DNA of 64,000 nucleotides from contig OX597814.1 of assembly GCA_951406725.2 (NCBI GenBank), positions 216,566,001-216,630,000 on the forward strand, in the 5' to 3' direction. The notes below the pieces were generated by a model. The model was not told where the DNA came from. It worked only from the letters and a program-made list of their open reading frames with translations, and ran no database searches. Shown one piece after another: positions 30,301 through 43,423 of the stretch (position 1 is the stretch's first letter; the number at the start of each line of letters is the position of its first letter). The DNA is from Octopus vulgaris (taxonomy: Eukaryota). Both the position numbers and the translations under genes were made by a program.

Positions 30301-33300
30301 GTGATGTTTATGGTCAATAAAATAAGTACCAGTTGAGCACTGGGGTTGATGTAATTGACATAGCCACAGTCCTGAAATTGCTGTCCGAGTGCCAAAAGTT
30401 GAAACCAAAATTCCAGTGATGTTTATGGTCAATAAAATATGTACCAGTTGAGCACTGAGGTTGATGTAATTGACATAGCCACAGTCCTGAAATTGCTGAG
30501 CGAGTGCGAAAATTTGAAACAAAAATTCCAGTGATGTTTATGGTCAATAAAATAAGTACCAGTTAAGCACTGGGGTTAATGTAATTGACTTAGCCACTCT
30601 CCTGAAATTGCTGGCCTTGTGCCAAAATTTGAAACCTTACTTCCAGTGATGTTTATGGTCAATAAAATAAGTACCAGTTGAGCACTGGGGTTGATGTAAT
30701 TGACTTAGCCACTCTCCTGAAATTGCTGGCCTAGTGCCAAAATTTGAAACGAAAAATTCCAGTGATGTTTATGGTCAATAAAATAAGTACCAGTTGAGAA
30801 TTGGGGTTGATGTAATTGACTTAGCCACTTTCCTGAAATTGCTGGCCTTGTGCCAAAATTTGAAACCAAAATTCCAGTGATGTTTATGGTCAATAAAATA
30901 AGTACCAGTTGAGCACTGGGGTTGATGCAATTGACTTAGCCACTTTCCTGAAATTGCTGACCGAGTGCCAAAATTTGAAACCAACTTCCAGTGATGTTTA
31001 TAGTCAATAAAATAAGTACCAGTTGAGCACTGGGGTTGATGTAATTGACTTAGTCACTCTCCTGAAATTGCTGGCCTTGTGCCAAAATTTGAAACAAAAA
31101 TTCCAGTGATGTTTATGGTCAATAAAATAAGTACAAGTTGAGCACTGGGGTTGATGTAATTGACTTAGTCACTCTCCTGAAATTGCTGGCCGTCTGCCAA
31201 AATTTGAAACAAAAATTCCAGTGATGTTTACGTTCAATAAAATAAGTACAAGTTGAGCACTGGGGTTGATGTAATTGACTTAGTCACTCTCCTGAAATTG
31301 CTGGCCTTGTGCCAAAATTTGAATCCAAAATTCCAATGAAATTTATGTTTAATAAAATAAGTACAAGTTGAGCACTAGGGTTGATGTAATTGACTTAGCC
31401 ACTCTCCAGAAATTGCTAGCCTTGTGCCAAAATTTGAAACCAAAATTCCAGTGATGTTTATGGTCAATAAAATAAGTACCAGTTGAGCACTGAGGTTGAT
31501 GTAATTGACTTAGCCACTCTCTTAAAATTGCTGGCCTTGTGCCAAAATTTGAAACCAAAATTCCAATGATGTTTATGGTCAATAAAATAAGTTCCAGTTG
31601 AGCACTGGGGTTCATGTAATTGACATAGCCACAGTCCCGAAATTGCTGACCGAGTGCCAAAATTTGAACCCAAAATTCCAGTGATGTTTATGTTCAATAA
31701 AATAAGTACCAGTTGAGCACTGGGGTTGATGTAATTGACTTAGCCACTCTCCTGAAATTGCTGGCCTTGTGCCAAAATTTGAAACCAAAATTCCAGTGAT
31801 GTTTATGGTCAATAAAATAAGTACAAGTTGAGCACTGGGGTTGATGTAATTGACTTAGCCACTCTCCTGAAATTGCTGGCCTTGTGCCAAAATTTGAAAC
31901 AAAAATTCCAGTGATGTTTATGGTCAATAAAATATGTACCAGTTGAGCACTGAGGTTGATGTAATTGACATAGCCACAGTCCTGAAATTGCTGACCGAGT
32001 GCCAAAAGTTGAAACCAAAATTCCAGTGATGTTTATGGTCAATAAAATACGTACCAGTTGAGCATTGGGGTTGATGTAATTGACATAGCCACAGTCCTGA
32101 AATTGCTGACCGAGTGCCAAAAGTTGAAACCAAAATTCCAGTGATGTTTATGGTCAATAAAATATGTACCAGTTGAGCACTGGGGTTGATGTAATTGACA
32201 TAGCCACAGTCCTGAAATTGCTGACCGAGTGCCAAAAGTTGAAACCAAAATTCCAGTGATGTTTATGGTCAATAAAATATGTACCAGTTGAGCACTAAGG
32301 TTGATGTAATTGACATAGCCACAGTCCTGAAATTGCTGACCGAGTGCCAAAAGTTGAAACCAAAATTCCAGTGATGTTTATGGTCAATAAAATAAGTACC
32401 AGTTGCGCATTGGGGTTGATGTAATTGACATAGCCACAGTCCTGAAATTGCTGACCGAGTACCAAAAGTTGAAACCAAAATTCCAGTGATGTTTATGGTC
32501 AATAAAATATGTACCAGTTGAGCACTGAGGTTGATGTAATTGACATAGCCACAGTCCTGAAATTGCTGACCGAGTGCCAAAAGTTGAAACAAAAATTCCA
32601 GTGATGTTTATGGTCAATAAAATAAGTACCAGTTGAGCATGGGGTTGATGTAATTGACATAGCCACAGTCCTGAAATTGCTGCCGTGCCAAAATTGAAAC
32701 CAAAATTCCAGTGATGTTTATGGTCAATAAAATATGTACCAGTTGAGCACTGAGGTTGATGTAATTGACATAGCCACAGTCCTGAAATCGCTGACCGAGT
32801 GCCAAAAGTTGAAACAAAAATTCCAGTGATGTTTATGGTCAATAAAATAAGTACCAGTTGAGCACTGGGGTTGATGTAATTGACATAGCCACAGTCCTGA
32901 AATTGCTGACCGAGTGCCAAAAGTTGAAACCAAAATTCCAGTGATGTTTATGGTCAATAAAATATGTACCAGTTGAGCACTGAGGTTGATGTAATTGACA
33001 TAGCCACAGTCCTGAAATTGCTGACCCAGTGCCAAAAGTTGAAACAAAAATTCCAGTGATGTTTATGGTCAATAAAATAAGTACCAGTTGAGCATTGGGG
33101 TTGATGTAATTGACATAGCCACAGTCCTGAAATTGCTGACCGAGTGCCAAAAGTTGAAACCAAAATTCCAGTGATGTTTATGGTCAATAAAATATGTACC
33201 AGTTGAGCACTGAGGTTGATGTAATTGACATAGCCACAGTCCTTAAATTGCTGACCGAGTGCCAAAAGTTGAAACCAAAATTCAAGTGATGTTTATGGTC

Positions 33301-35127
33301 AATAAAATAAGTACCAGTTGAGCATTGGGGTTGATGTAATTGACATAGCCACAGTCCTGAAATTGCTGACCGAGTGCCAAAAGTTGAAACCAAAATTCCA
33401 GTGATGTTTATGGTCAATAAAATATGTACCACTTGAGCACTGAGGTTGATGTAATTGACATAGCCACAGTCCTTAAATTGCTGACCGAGTGCCAAAAGTT
33501 GAAACAAAAATTCAAGTGATGTTTATGGTCAATAAAATAAGTACCAGTTGAGCATTGGGGTTGATGTAATTGACATAGCCACAGTCCTGAAATTGCTGAC
33601 CGAGTGCCAAAAGTTGAAACCAAAATTCCAGTGATGTTTATGGTCAATAAAATATGTACCACTTGAGCACTGAGGTTGATGTAATTGACATAGCCACAGT
33701 CCTTAAATTGCTGACCAGTGCCAAAATTGAAACAAAATTCAAGTGATGTTTATGGTCAATAAAATAAGTACCAGTTGAGCATTGGGGTTGATGTAATTGA
33801 CATAGCCACAGTCCTGAAATTGCTGACCGAGTGCCAAAAGTTGAAACCAAAATTCCAGTGATGTTTATGGTCAATAAAATATGTACCAGTTGAGCACTGA
33901 GGTTGATGTAATTGACATAGCCACAGTCCTTAAATTGCTGACCAGTGCCAAAATTGAAACAAAAATTCAAGTGATGTTTATGGTCAATAAAATAAGTACC
34001 AGTTGAGCACTGGGGTTGATGTAATTGACATAGCCACAGTCCTGAAATTGCTGACCGAGTGCCAAAAGTTGAAACCAAAATTCCAGTGATGTTTATGGTC
34101 AATAAAATAAGTACCAGTTGAGCATTGGGGTTGATGTAATTGACATAGCCACAGTCCTGAAATTGCTGACCGAGTGCCAAAAGTTGAAACCAACTTCCAG
34201 TGATGTTTATAGTCAATAAAATAAGTACCAGTTGAGCACTGGGATTCATGTAATTGACATAGCCACAGTCCTGAAATTGCTGACCGAGTGCCAAAATATG
34301 AAACCAAAATTCCAGTGATGTTTATGGTCAATAAAATAAGTACCAGTTGAGCATTGGGGTTGATGTAATTGACATAGCCACAGTCCTGAAATTGCTGACC
34401 GAGTGCCAAAAGTTGAAACCAAAATTCCAGTGATGTTTATGGTCAATAAAATATGTACCAGTTGAGCACTGAGGTTGATGTAATTGACATAGCCACAGTC
34501 CTGAAATTGCTGACCGAGTGCCAAAATTTGAAACCAAAATTCCAGTGATGTTTATGGTCAATAAAATAAGTACAAGTTGAGCATTGGGGTTGATGAAATT
34601 GACTTAGCTACTCCCTAAAATTGCTGGCTTTGTGCCAAAATTTGAATCCAAAATTACAGTGATGTTTATGGTCAATAAAATAAGTACAAGTTGAGCATTG
34701 GGGTTGATGAAATTGACTTAGCTACTCCCTAAAATTGCTGGCTTTGTGCCAAAATTTGAAACCAAAATTCCAGTGATGTTTATGGTTAATAAAATATGTA
34801 CTAGTTGAGCACTGGGGTTGATATAATTGACATAGCCACAGTTCTGAAATTGCTGACCGAGTGCCAAAATTTGAAACCAACTTCCAGTGATGTTTATAGT
34901 CAATAAAATAAGTACCAGTTGAGCACTGGGGTTGATGTAATTGACATAGCCACAGTCCTGAAATTGCTGACCGAGTGCCAAAATTTGAAACCAAAATTCC
35001 AGTGATGTTTATGGTCAATAAAATAAGTACAAGTTGAGCACTGGGGTTGATGTAATTGACTTAGCCACTCTCCTGAAATTGCTGGTCTTGTGCCAAAATT
35101 TGAAACCAAAATTCCAGTGATGTTTCT
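18295..35127 (+). repeat. 115-bp tandem satellite, ~146 units, two monomer subtypes, higher-order structure
   Basis: Unit tagccactctcctgaaattgctggccttgtgccaaaatttgaaaccaaaattccagtgatgtttatggtcaataaaataagtaccagttgagcactggggttgatgtaattgact. The ORF track recurs every 115 bp. Confidence 0.98.
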
Positions 35128-35329
35128 AGTATTTATTATAATTAATAGAGATAGTGTTTACTTAGTATCTGTTAAATGTTGGTTATCTTTTTCTGTTTGC
35201 TAATGTATTATAATAATAACATTACTTTGTCTTCAAATACTTTTCTGTCTTTACCCACTAAACTCCCCAGCTCACCCCTAATCCCTCACCAACGAAATGA
35301 TTTTATCTTTTTACTTTTTCATAATTTAG

Positions 35330-36865
35330 TTGTGCTGGACGATTGTAGCAGAGATCATATACTGCAAAATGTGAAGTCAGATGTTCAACCATTGAGGGAA
35401 CCATCAGAAGAAAATACCATTTCAAGACAGCAAGTCCATGACTATTTACTACCTTCCAAGTTCCATCTGACTTTCTTAAAGAGACACAAAATCATAGTTA
35501 ATGACCAATTAAAGAAATGGGCTGAAGTAATATGGAAAGATTCTAAGTTCAATAAACTGAAATTTAGTTATTCTGAAGGAAATTTGAAGCAAATTGAACA
35601 ATGTTTGGCAGAGTTATTAAATTCCATTACTGTTGAAATCATTGATGTTCCAACCGATATTTTTGAAGATGTTGCTAGAACATTGAAAAGTGAAGATGAT
35701 GAGATGTATTTTTATTTTGATATCCAATATCATAGAGCTCATATTTTGGAATTTGATAAAAGTAACGTGATTAAAATGAAAAAGAGACTTTTGGATAATC
35801 TTAGAAAGATATGTGAGTTTAATTTAAATATTCATGAAAGACGTATTCTATCTGGTCACAGATTTTTTGAGCAGGCACAAAGACAATCTAAAGATCTACA
35901 AGTCAGAATTCATGGTAACAAAGTTATTTTTGAAGGCCAGTATTCCGAAGTAGCTAATTGTCAAAATAATATGTATAAAATTCTTCGGTCAATTGTAAAA
36001 TCTGAATTGTGTTTGCCTTTAAATACTGGAATGATCATAAATAAAAAATCAGTGAAAGAATATCTTGATGAAAAACTGAGAAACAAGAAGTGTATTGGTT
36101 CATGGGAAATGGGTGATGGTGATTCAGTATTACTTCATGCAAGTGATAAAACACATCTTTCACTTTTGGAAATAATTCTGAAAGAAACTTTTGTTGCCAA
36201 CACACTGGATTTTGTACACAAAATTAAGGATACTCCAAATTATGGAAAGTGGCTGACATTTGTTGAAAGTCTAAAAGAAGAGTTTCCAGATTTCCATTTT
36301 TTTGGAAAAAATTCTAATGTTGCTGTTGATGCTGTAGTTAATGATATAAAAAGCAAAATTGATAACTTTAAGCAATCTTTAACTTATGAATCTTATATAT
36401 CGATGACTCATGCACATTTCCTCTTTCTTAAAGAGTTCAAAGAACAGGAAATCAATGACTTTGGTGCGAAAAATAAAATTAAGAATGTGTGTCTCAAAGA
36501 TAATAAGTTACACCTGGAAGGAACACAAGAGCAATTTAAGAAAATGGAAATATTTATAGAAAATTTAAGAAAGGATATCAGATCACAAGAAGAAAACTTT
36601 GAAATGTTTAGATTTCAAGAATTTCTGGAAAGTGAAGAAGGAAAGAATTTCTTGTGTGAAATGCAGAAGAAATCTGAGAGTATAATATCATTAAATTCAG
36701 ATTTAGGAAATGAAACAGAAGAAATACTTAATTTTGTGTATAAGAACTGTGAAATAGTGTTGAGGGAAGGTGACATCACGACTCTGGACACAGATGCTAT
36801 TGTTAATGCTACAAATGGCAGACTGAATCTTATGGAAGGAGTTGCAGCAGTCATTGTGCAGAAAG
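35330..36865 (+). CDS. PARP14: Large coding exon of a PARP14-like (macro-PARP) gene: probable KH-like repeats plus start of a macrodomain
   Basis: 1.5-kb open frame. Pyrimidine-rich acceptor ..ataatttag|, donor AAAG|gttagt. Ends in IVLREGDITTLDTDAIVNATN..GVAAVIVQKG. Phase 1 matches the next exon. Orthology among PARP9/14/15-like genes is not resolved. Confidence 0.8.
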
Positions 36866-36904
36866 GTTAGTAATACCATTTTTTATAGTTAATGTTTCTT
36901 TTTA

Positions 36905-37070
36905 GATCCAAGTGTGGTTGAGAAGCTAACTTCCTGATCACGTGGTTTCAGGTCCAATTCTACTCACAGCATTTTGGACAAGTGTCTTCTGTTATAGGTC
37001 AGTGGTTGGCCAAAGCCTTGGGAGTGGATTTCGTTGATAGAAACTGAAAGAAGCTCATCATTTATACATA
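36905..37070 (+). mobile_element. tRNA-derived SINE, 5' part
   Basis: A/B-box-like gtgtggttgagaag..ggtccaattc, then ggacaagtgtcttct, caaagccttg, gaaactgaaagaag. Confidence 0.65.
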
Positions 37071-37869
37071 CATATATACTTTTTTATAAAAAGTGTATAC
37101 AGCTCATTGGAGCACTTCTATTTCCAGTCCGTTGTATATCTTGAGTGTTGTTGTCACTCAAGATATAACTTTATATTTTGTAATACATACATATATATAT
37201 ATGTGTGTGTGTGTGTGAGGGTGAGTAGCCAGGTGTTGAAAGTACACGATGGTTGTAAATGAACATCACCATCACACAAGTGATGTTGTGTCATTTCCAG
37301 TCCTCCATGAAAAACATGTCTGACCGTGGAGAAATATTCCCTCATTTGGAAACATGTGGCACTTGGCTACAGGAAGGACACCCAGCCATAGACATTAAAT
37401 TATGGTGCACAGACACACACACACACATATACATACACAGGTACGCACCAACACGCATGAACACACACACACAGTATACATGCACACAAGAGCTTTATAT
37501 ACATCCACTTGCTTGCACACACAGTTACATCGCATAGCCTTATACACACACACATAAACCAAAAGCATGGACATACATACAAACATGCATAGATACTTAT
37601 ACACAGTAGTCTCATACACATGAGTGCTCACATACACGTGCCAAGTTCATAGTTGTCTCTCTTGTTATTCGTACCTCAAATCAGCTCTCATAGATGACTT
37701 CCTTGGTTGCTAGAGCCACTCATCCCATCATTTCAGCTTGTAGTGACACTCCAACACAGGTTTCTTCTTTTCTCTCTCTCTTCTTCTATTCTTTCTGTCA
37801 AAGAGTAGGCTCAGAATGTTAGACACTTCCTATTTTCTCTAAGCATAAAGTTCATACACTTCTGCTGTG

Positions 37870-38140
37870 GAGGTCAGGTCTTCTTGAGCACAGCAAGCCA
37901 CTAGGTATCTCAGTCCTTTGTCATCTCATCCACAAGGTTCACCATTCGGAGGTTCTCCTTCAGTAGTTCGTCCTATGTTTTACTGGGTCTCCCTCTTACA
38001 CAAGTTCCATTCACTTTGAATGTACGGCACTTCTTTGTTGAGCTGTCAGCATCCATCCACATCACATGACCAAACCAGCACTGTCTTCTCTCACAGACTG
38101 CATCCAATTCTTCTTCTGCCAAAATTCTCTCTCAATACAC
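37870..38140 (-). mobile_element. Old RTE 3' coding fragment
   Basis: Similar to the RGRPRKTW region of the RTE copies. Confidence 0.6.
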
Positions 38141-38421
38141 TAACAGTCTGTTGTATATATGTGTTTCTTTATTGGCCACACAAGGCTGAATACAGAAGGG
38201 ACAAAATACAAAGTAGAGCTTTTCTTTTTGGAAGGAAGTAGAGAAGAAACCAAAAAAAAGAAGTGGGTCAAATTCCAATCAAAAGGGTTTGTGAAGAAAA
38301 AAAATATATACATATACGTGTGTGTGTGTGTGTGTGTGTGTGTATACAAGTAAAATAGAATTAAAATGTAATATATATATTGATATATATAACAAAATAT
38401 ATTTTTAATAAAAATAATAAT

Positions 38422-41180
38422 AATCATCGTTTAGGATCCGCTTTCCATGCTAGCATGGGTTGGACAATTTGACTGAGGACTGGCAAACCAGATGGCTGCA
38501 CCAGACTCCAATCTTGATCTTGCAGAGTTTCTGCAGCTGGATGCCCTTCCTAACGCCAACCACTCTGAGAGTGTAGTGGGTGCGTTTACATGCCGCCGAC
38601 ACGGAACCCAGTTAGCTTCAGGCAACAGCCACGCTCAAATGGTGTTTGTTATGTGCCAATCCAGTGGCACTCGCAACGACCTCACTCAAATGTTTTTTCA
38701 CATGCCACCAGCACAAGTGCCACTAAGACAACGCTGGTAACAATCACGCTCGAATGGTGCTTTTTATGTACCACCACCATGGAAGCCAGTTAGCTGCTCT
38801 GGCAACGATCACTCTCGGATGGTGTTCATAGTGCTCCACTAGCATGGTTGCCAGTCATCAAATTTGATTTCGATTTCACTTGCCTCAACAGGTCTTTGCA
38901 AGCAGAGTTTAGTGTCCGAAGAAGGAAAGGTACACATAAGTGGGCTGGTTACACCCCTGGCATAGGACGCAAAGTTATGGTCTCATTTGGCTTGCTAGGT
39001 CTTCTCAAGCACAGCTTATTTCCAAAAGTCTCGGTCACCAGTCATTGCCTCGGTGATGCCTAATGTTCGAAGGTCATGCTTCACCACTTCGAACCAGGTC
39101 TTCCTGGGTCTACCTCTTCCACAGGTTCCCTCAAATGCTAGGGTGTGGCACTTTTTCACACTGCTGTCCTCATCCATTCTCGCCACATGACTATGTCATC
39201 TCTCTTGCACCCCAATCTGATGCTTCTTAGGTCCAACTTTTCTCTCAAGGTACTCATACTTTGTCGAGTATGCACACTGACATTACACATCCAGCGGATC
39301 ATACTGGCTTTATTCCTTGCGAGCCTACGCATATCGTGAGCAGTCATAGCCTATGTTTCACTGCCAAGTAGCATGGCTGTTGATACACATGCGTCATACA
39401 ATCTACCTTTTACTCACCAGCAGAGGTAAGAGTTCTCTGAACTTTGCCCAGGCTATTCTTATTCTAGCAGCTACACTTTCAGTGCACCCCCACCCCCCAG
39501 CTTCTGAATTGGTCACCTAGGTAATGGAAGCTATCAACTACTTCTAGTTTTTCTCACTGGAATGTGGCAGAATTTCTTCTCTGCACATTTTCAGTGTTTA
39601 TTGCTCCTGAGCATCTGCCACATACAAAAACTATGTTCCAAGTTAGCCTTCTTTTGATATTGTTGCCCCTCTTATGTGTCCATAGCTTACGCTGGGTACA
39701 TCTTATAGAGTTTCTACCTATGCCATTTCTACAGATCATGCAGGGCCATCTACCTGAAGGGATTTGTGGTTTGCCTGCCTTCCTACTTATTAGGACGTTG
39801 GTGTTAGCTAGGTTGACTGAAGCCCATCGATTCTAATCCTTGTTTCCACACCTGAAACTTCTCAAATTCTAATAGTGACTCAGCAATTAGAGCAAGGTTG
39901 TCAGCATAGAGGAGCTCCCAGGGGCATCCACTCTTGAATTCCTCTGTTATTTCCTGGAGGACTATGATAAATAGGAGGGGCTGAGGACTAAACCATGGTG
40001 GACCCCTACCTCCACCCAGAATTCTTCACTGTACTCATTGCCAACCCTCACCTTACTGACAGCGTCCTTGTACATGGCTTGCACAGCTCTCACTAAGCAT
40101 TCATCTATCCCTAGGTTACTCATTGACCACCAGATAAGGGGTCGGGGGACCCTGTCAAAGGCTTTCTCAACAAAAGCCAGGTACAGAGGTTTATCTTTGG
40201 CTAGGTATTTCTTCTGCAGCTGTCTTACGAGAAATATAGCATCAGTGGTGCTTTTCCCTGGCATGAACCCAAACTGCATCTCATCTAAACTGACTCTCTC
40301 CCTAATTAGTTGGGCTATGACCCTCTCCATGACCTTCATTACCTGATCGAACAGCTTGACACCTCTGTAATTATTTGTGTCTAAAGCGTCACCTTTACCT
40401 TTGTAGCAGTTGACTATGGTACTGCTACACTAGTAATTGTGTATGACTCCTTCGTGTATCACCTAGTTAACTATAAGTGTGACTAGGCCATAGCCGACAC
40501 TGCCAGATATTTTGAGCATCTCTGCAGTGATTCCTGATGGGCCAGTGGCTTTCCCGGTCTTCATACTCTTAATTGCTTTATCTACCAAGGTACTGTCAAC
40601 TCGGATATCTGGTCGCTCTGTGGGGTCAACATTCAGCAGACCCTCTTTCTCCCATTCATTTTCTTTATTCAGCAACCTTTCATAGTGGCATCTACAAATC
40701 TCTCTCTTTGCCGCTTCGTTTAGTGCAAGAGAACCATCATCCATGCGAACACATTTCTCTCCTACAACATCACAATTCTCTCTCACACACTGTCTTGCAA
40801 CACGAAATACCTCAAGTCTTTGATCCTCACGGCACAGAACATTGGCAAATTTTTCCTTATCTGCTTCCCTTCTGACTAAATAAACCTGCCTCCTAGCTTC
40901 CCTTCTGGGAGTCTGATACACTTCCCTGCTACCACCGTTCTTCCAGTCTTTCCAAGACTGTTTCTTTTCTCTAATAGCCCTGTCAACAACATTGTTCCAC
41001 CACCATGTTATTTTGATTCAAGAGGGGACTTTGCAACATCCACAGATCTGGTCAGTGGCCCTCAGCAGTTTGTCCTGTAGAAACCTCCAGTTGTCTTCTA
41101 CAACGTGTGGGGCTATATCCCCTTCTATTTTGTCAAAGGCTTTGAGTAATATGTCTCTAAATCTCTGTCCATTCGCAAAC
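38422..41180 (-). mobile_element. RTE-clade LINE (PHD-bearing family), 5'-truncated
   Basis: KATGPSGI, QFGFMPGKSTTDAIF, KAFDRVP, LLYAD, PHD Cys/His cluster, standard 3' tail. Confidence 0.9.
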
Positions 41181-41899
41181 TAGCAAATTTGGACGAGAGC
41201 ATCTTCTGGATACATATTCTTTCGGCAGTGGTTTGAAAAAATCGAGTTGGGGAATCCGAGTGCGTGCACTAGTATATATAGGGTGGTGGTGTTGGGGGAG
41301 GAGGAGGAAGTCTTGGCGAGGCGAGTGGTAATCAAAAAAGAGAGAGACACAAAGCCAGAGTGAGAGCGAGACAAAGACAGAGAGAGAGGGTGGGTAGAGA
41401 TGTTCAGAATACGAGGGAGAAAAATATTCTTTTGGGATTTGTGTGGCATAGTTAATTTAATGAGACAGCAAATGTTGATAAGAGTAAAATAGAATTGAAG
41501 AATCTGAGAGCCAGTCTAAGACAAAATTAGAGAAATAAAGTGACTGTGTGATAGACTTTCATAGATGAATGAATGAATATGTTGCAGTTAAGGAATTGCT
41601 TGAGCTAAGGTTATCTTAAAGGCAAAAACAGGGAAGACGAAACTATTGAAACTATATTTACATGTCTACATGGTAATGCAATAGGCAGAATAATGAAAAG
41701 AACTAACAAGGGGTTTATGATTTGTGCAGAAATAGAAGAGTAAGTGACGAGGTCGAAAAGACAAAACTTCTTATCTGAGCATCTTCTGCGATTCGTATTT
41801 TTTCGCTGAGGTATTGAAATAATATATTAATATATTACACATATTAACATATATTAACATGTATTAAACAGGAACATAAGAATGCAAATATCTTTGCAG

Positions 41900-42148
41900 G
41901 TGGGTTTGGAATTCAAGCTGAATGTAACAGAATTATGAAAGAAAGAAAGAGTGAACTGACACCTGGAGAAGTAGTGTCAACTAAAGCTGGTAAACTCAAA
42001 TGCAAGGCTATCATTCATGCTGTTGGACCCATTTGGAATAATGGACGAACCCATGAAATTTTTCACCTTTTAAGAGCTGTTCGAAATTGTTTGGCAGGTC
42101 TTGAAGAAATGTCTTATACATCAATTGCAATTCCTGCCATCAGTACAG
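41900..42148 (+). CDS. PARP14: Next exon of the PARP14-like gene (macrodomain core)
   Basis: Acceptor tctttgcag|, donor ACAG|gtaaga. Translates GGFGIQAEC..GEVVSTKAGKLKCKAIIHAVGP..SIAIPAISTG in phase with the previous exon. Confidence 0.88.
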
Positions 42149-42559
42149 GTAAGAATTTACCATTTTGTTTCTGTTCAAATTAATTGGCACAGAAAGAGTA
42201 ATTACACTATTTAGTGTATAGCAAGGCAACTATCCTGTCCCTCTCTCATGCTCTAACCTCTCCTCTGGCATCCATCCACTTCCCTTGGTTTCACTCCTCG
42301 TCTCAACTAAAAGTCTTTGTCTTGCAAGTAACTTGGCAACCCCACTTTTTACGTGACACCAAAACCTGTGATGGTGTCACATAAAAAGCACCTAGTGCAT
42401 TCTCTAAAGTGGTTGGCATTCTGTAAAGGAAGGGAATCCAGCCATAGAAACTATACCAAAAAAAGAAAATTGGTACTTGGACAGCTCTCCGGCCTTGCCA
42501 GCATCAAAAACAGAGGTGAAATGATGACAATGATGATATTATATATATATATGTAATAT

Positions 42560-42720
42560 TGTAGAAGATGTGGCAGTATGGTTAAAAGGTTGATGTTCCA
42601 CATGATTTCTGGTTCAGTTCCCTGGCAAGGTATTTTGGGCAAGTTGTTCATTATAGACCTGGGTTCGGCCCAAACCTTCCAGTGGATTTGGTGGACGGGA
42701 ATTGAAAAGAGGCCTGTTGT
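42560..42720 (+). mobile_element. tRNA-derived SINE, 5' part
   Basis: ggcagtatggttaaaagg..ggttcagttccc..ttgggcaag..gtggatttgg. Confidence 0.6.
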
Positions 42721-43423
42721 GGCACAGCTGACATTCTAGAAGTACAGTATTTGTTGTTGTTGCGTGAGTGTGTGGCAGTCCTAGCACCCAAGCAGTCGAT
42801 TCTTGTCTGCCAACAATATATGAGTGCTTTTATGCACTAGACATCCATATGAGACATCCTCTCACGGTAAATAATGCAGTATTTGGTGCTCAAACACAAC
42901 ATCCACATTTAGTTGGATATAAAAATTGCCTGTTGGTATTACTATTGCTTCTGTTGCTGTTAATTACCTTTTCCATAGACTTGCTGGCTATTTGCAAAAT
43001 CAGTGCCTTAACAGATACTGAAATTCTATATATGGTCAATAGATTTGGCTGTTATGTCACTACTAGATGTCTGCTACTGAAGAATCCAGGCAGGATGAAA
43101 TCATGTCATCTGGCAGTAATAGTGATTATAGCAGATGGTTCTCGTCTCTTAAAAATATAAATATGAGTAATTTTATGCACCCAAGGCCCTGTGGGAGGTC
43201 CTTTTGAGGTAAATAATGGAGTACTCTCTGTTCTAACATGACCTCTACATTAAGTTGGAAGTAAAGTTTGCATATGTATATATTATGGCGGTTTTCGGTT
43301 TTAAACCTTAAGCTTTCTCTTAGGTTCTATTATTTATTTTGGCTTTTCTCTGAGTAAGGGAGAATATAATGATTCAACGTCACTTATACTCAAGTGTTAT
43401 CATTATACCTAAAACCCTAATGC

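Noticed and set aside
18295-35127. CRISPR-like array, or a repeat-protein gene from the many minus-strand ORFs
   Set aside because: Units are contiguous with no unique spacers and there are no cas genes. The 115-bp period is not a multiple of 3, so the ORFs cycle through frames and stop.
35176-35329. N-terminal 51 aa of the 564-aa ORF as a real start
   Set aside because: The sequence is pyrimidine-rich and intron-like, ending in a good acceptor at 35329. It is more likely intron read-through, although only transcripts can settle this.
37785-37860. Minimal hammerhead relic (aagagtaggctcagaatg)
   Set aside because: Too degenerate, with no intact core.
41735-41780. Hammerhead-like gTGACGAggtcgaaaagacaaaac
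   Set aside because: Both core motifs are mutated and stems I and III are absent. At best it is a relic.
42768-43160. 130-aa ORF as a further exon
   Set aside because: No macrodomain continuation (expected G-x-F-G-F/Y-P), no recognisable motif and no clear splice sites.
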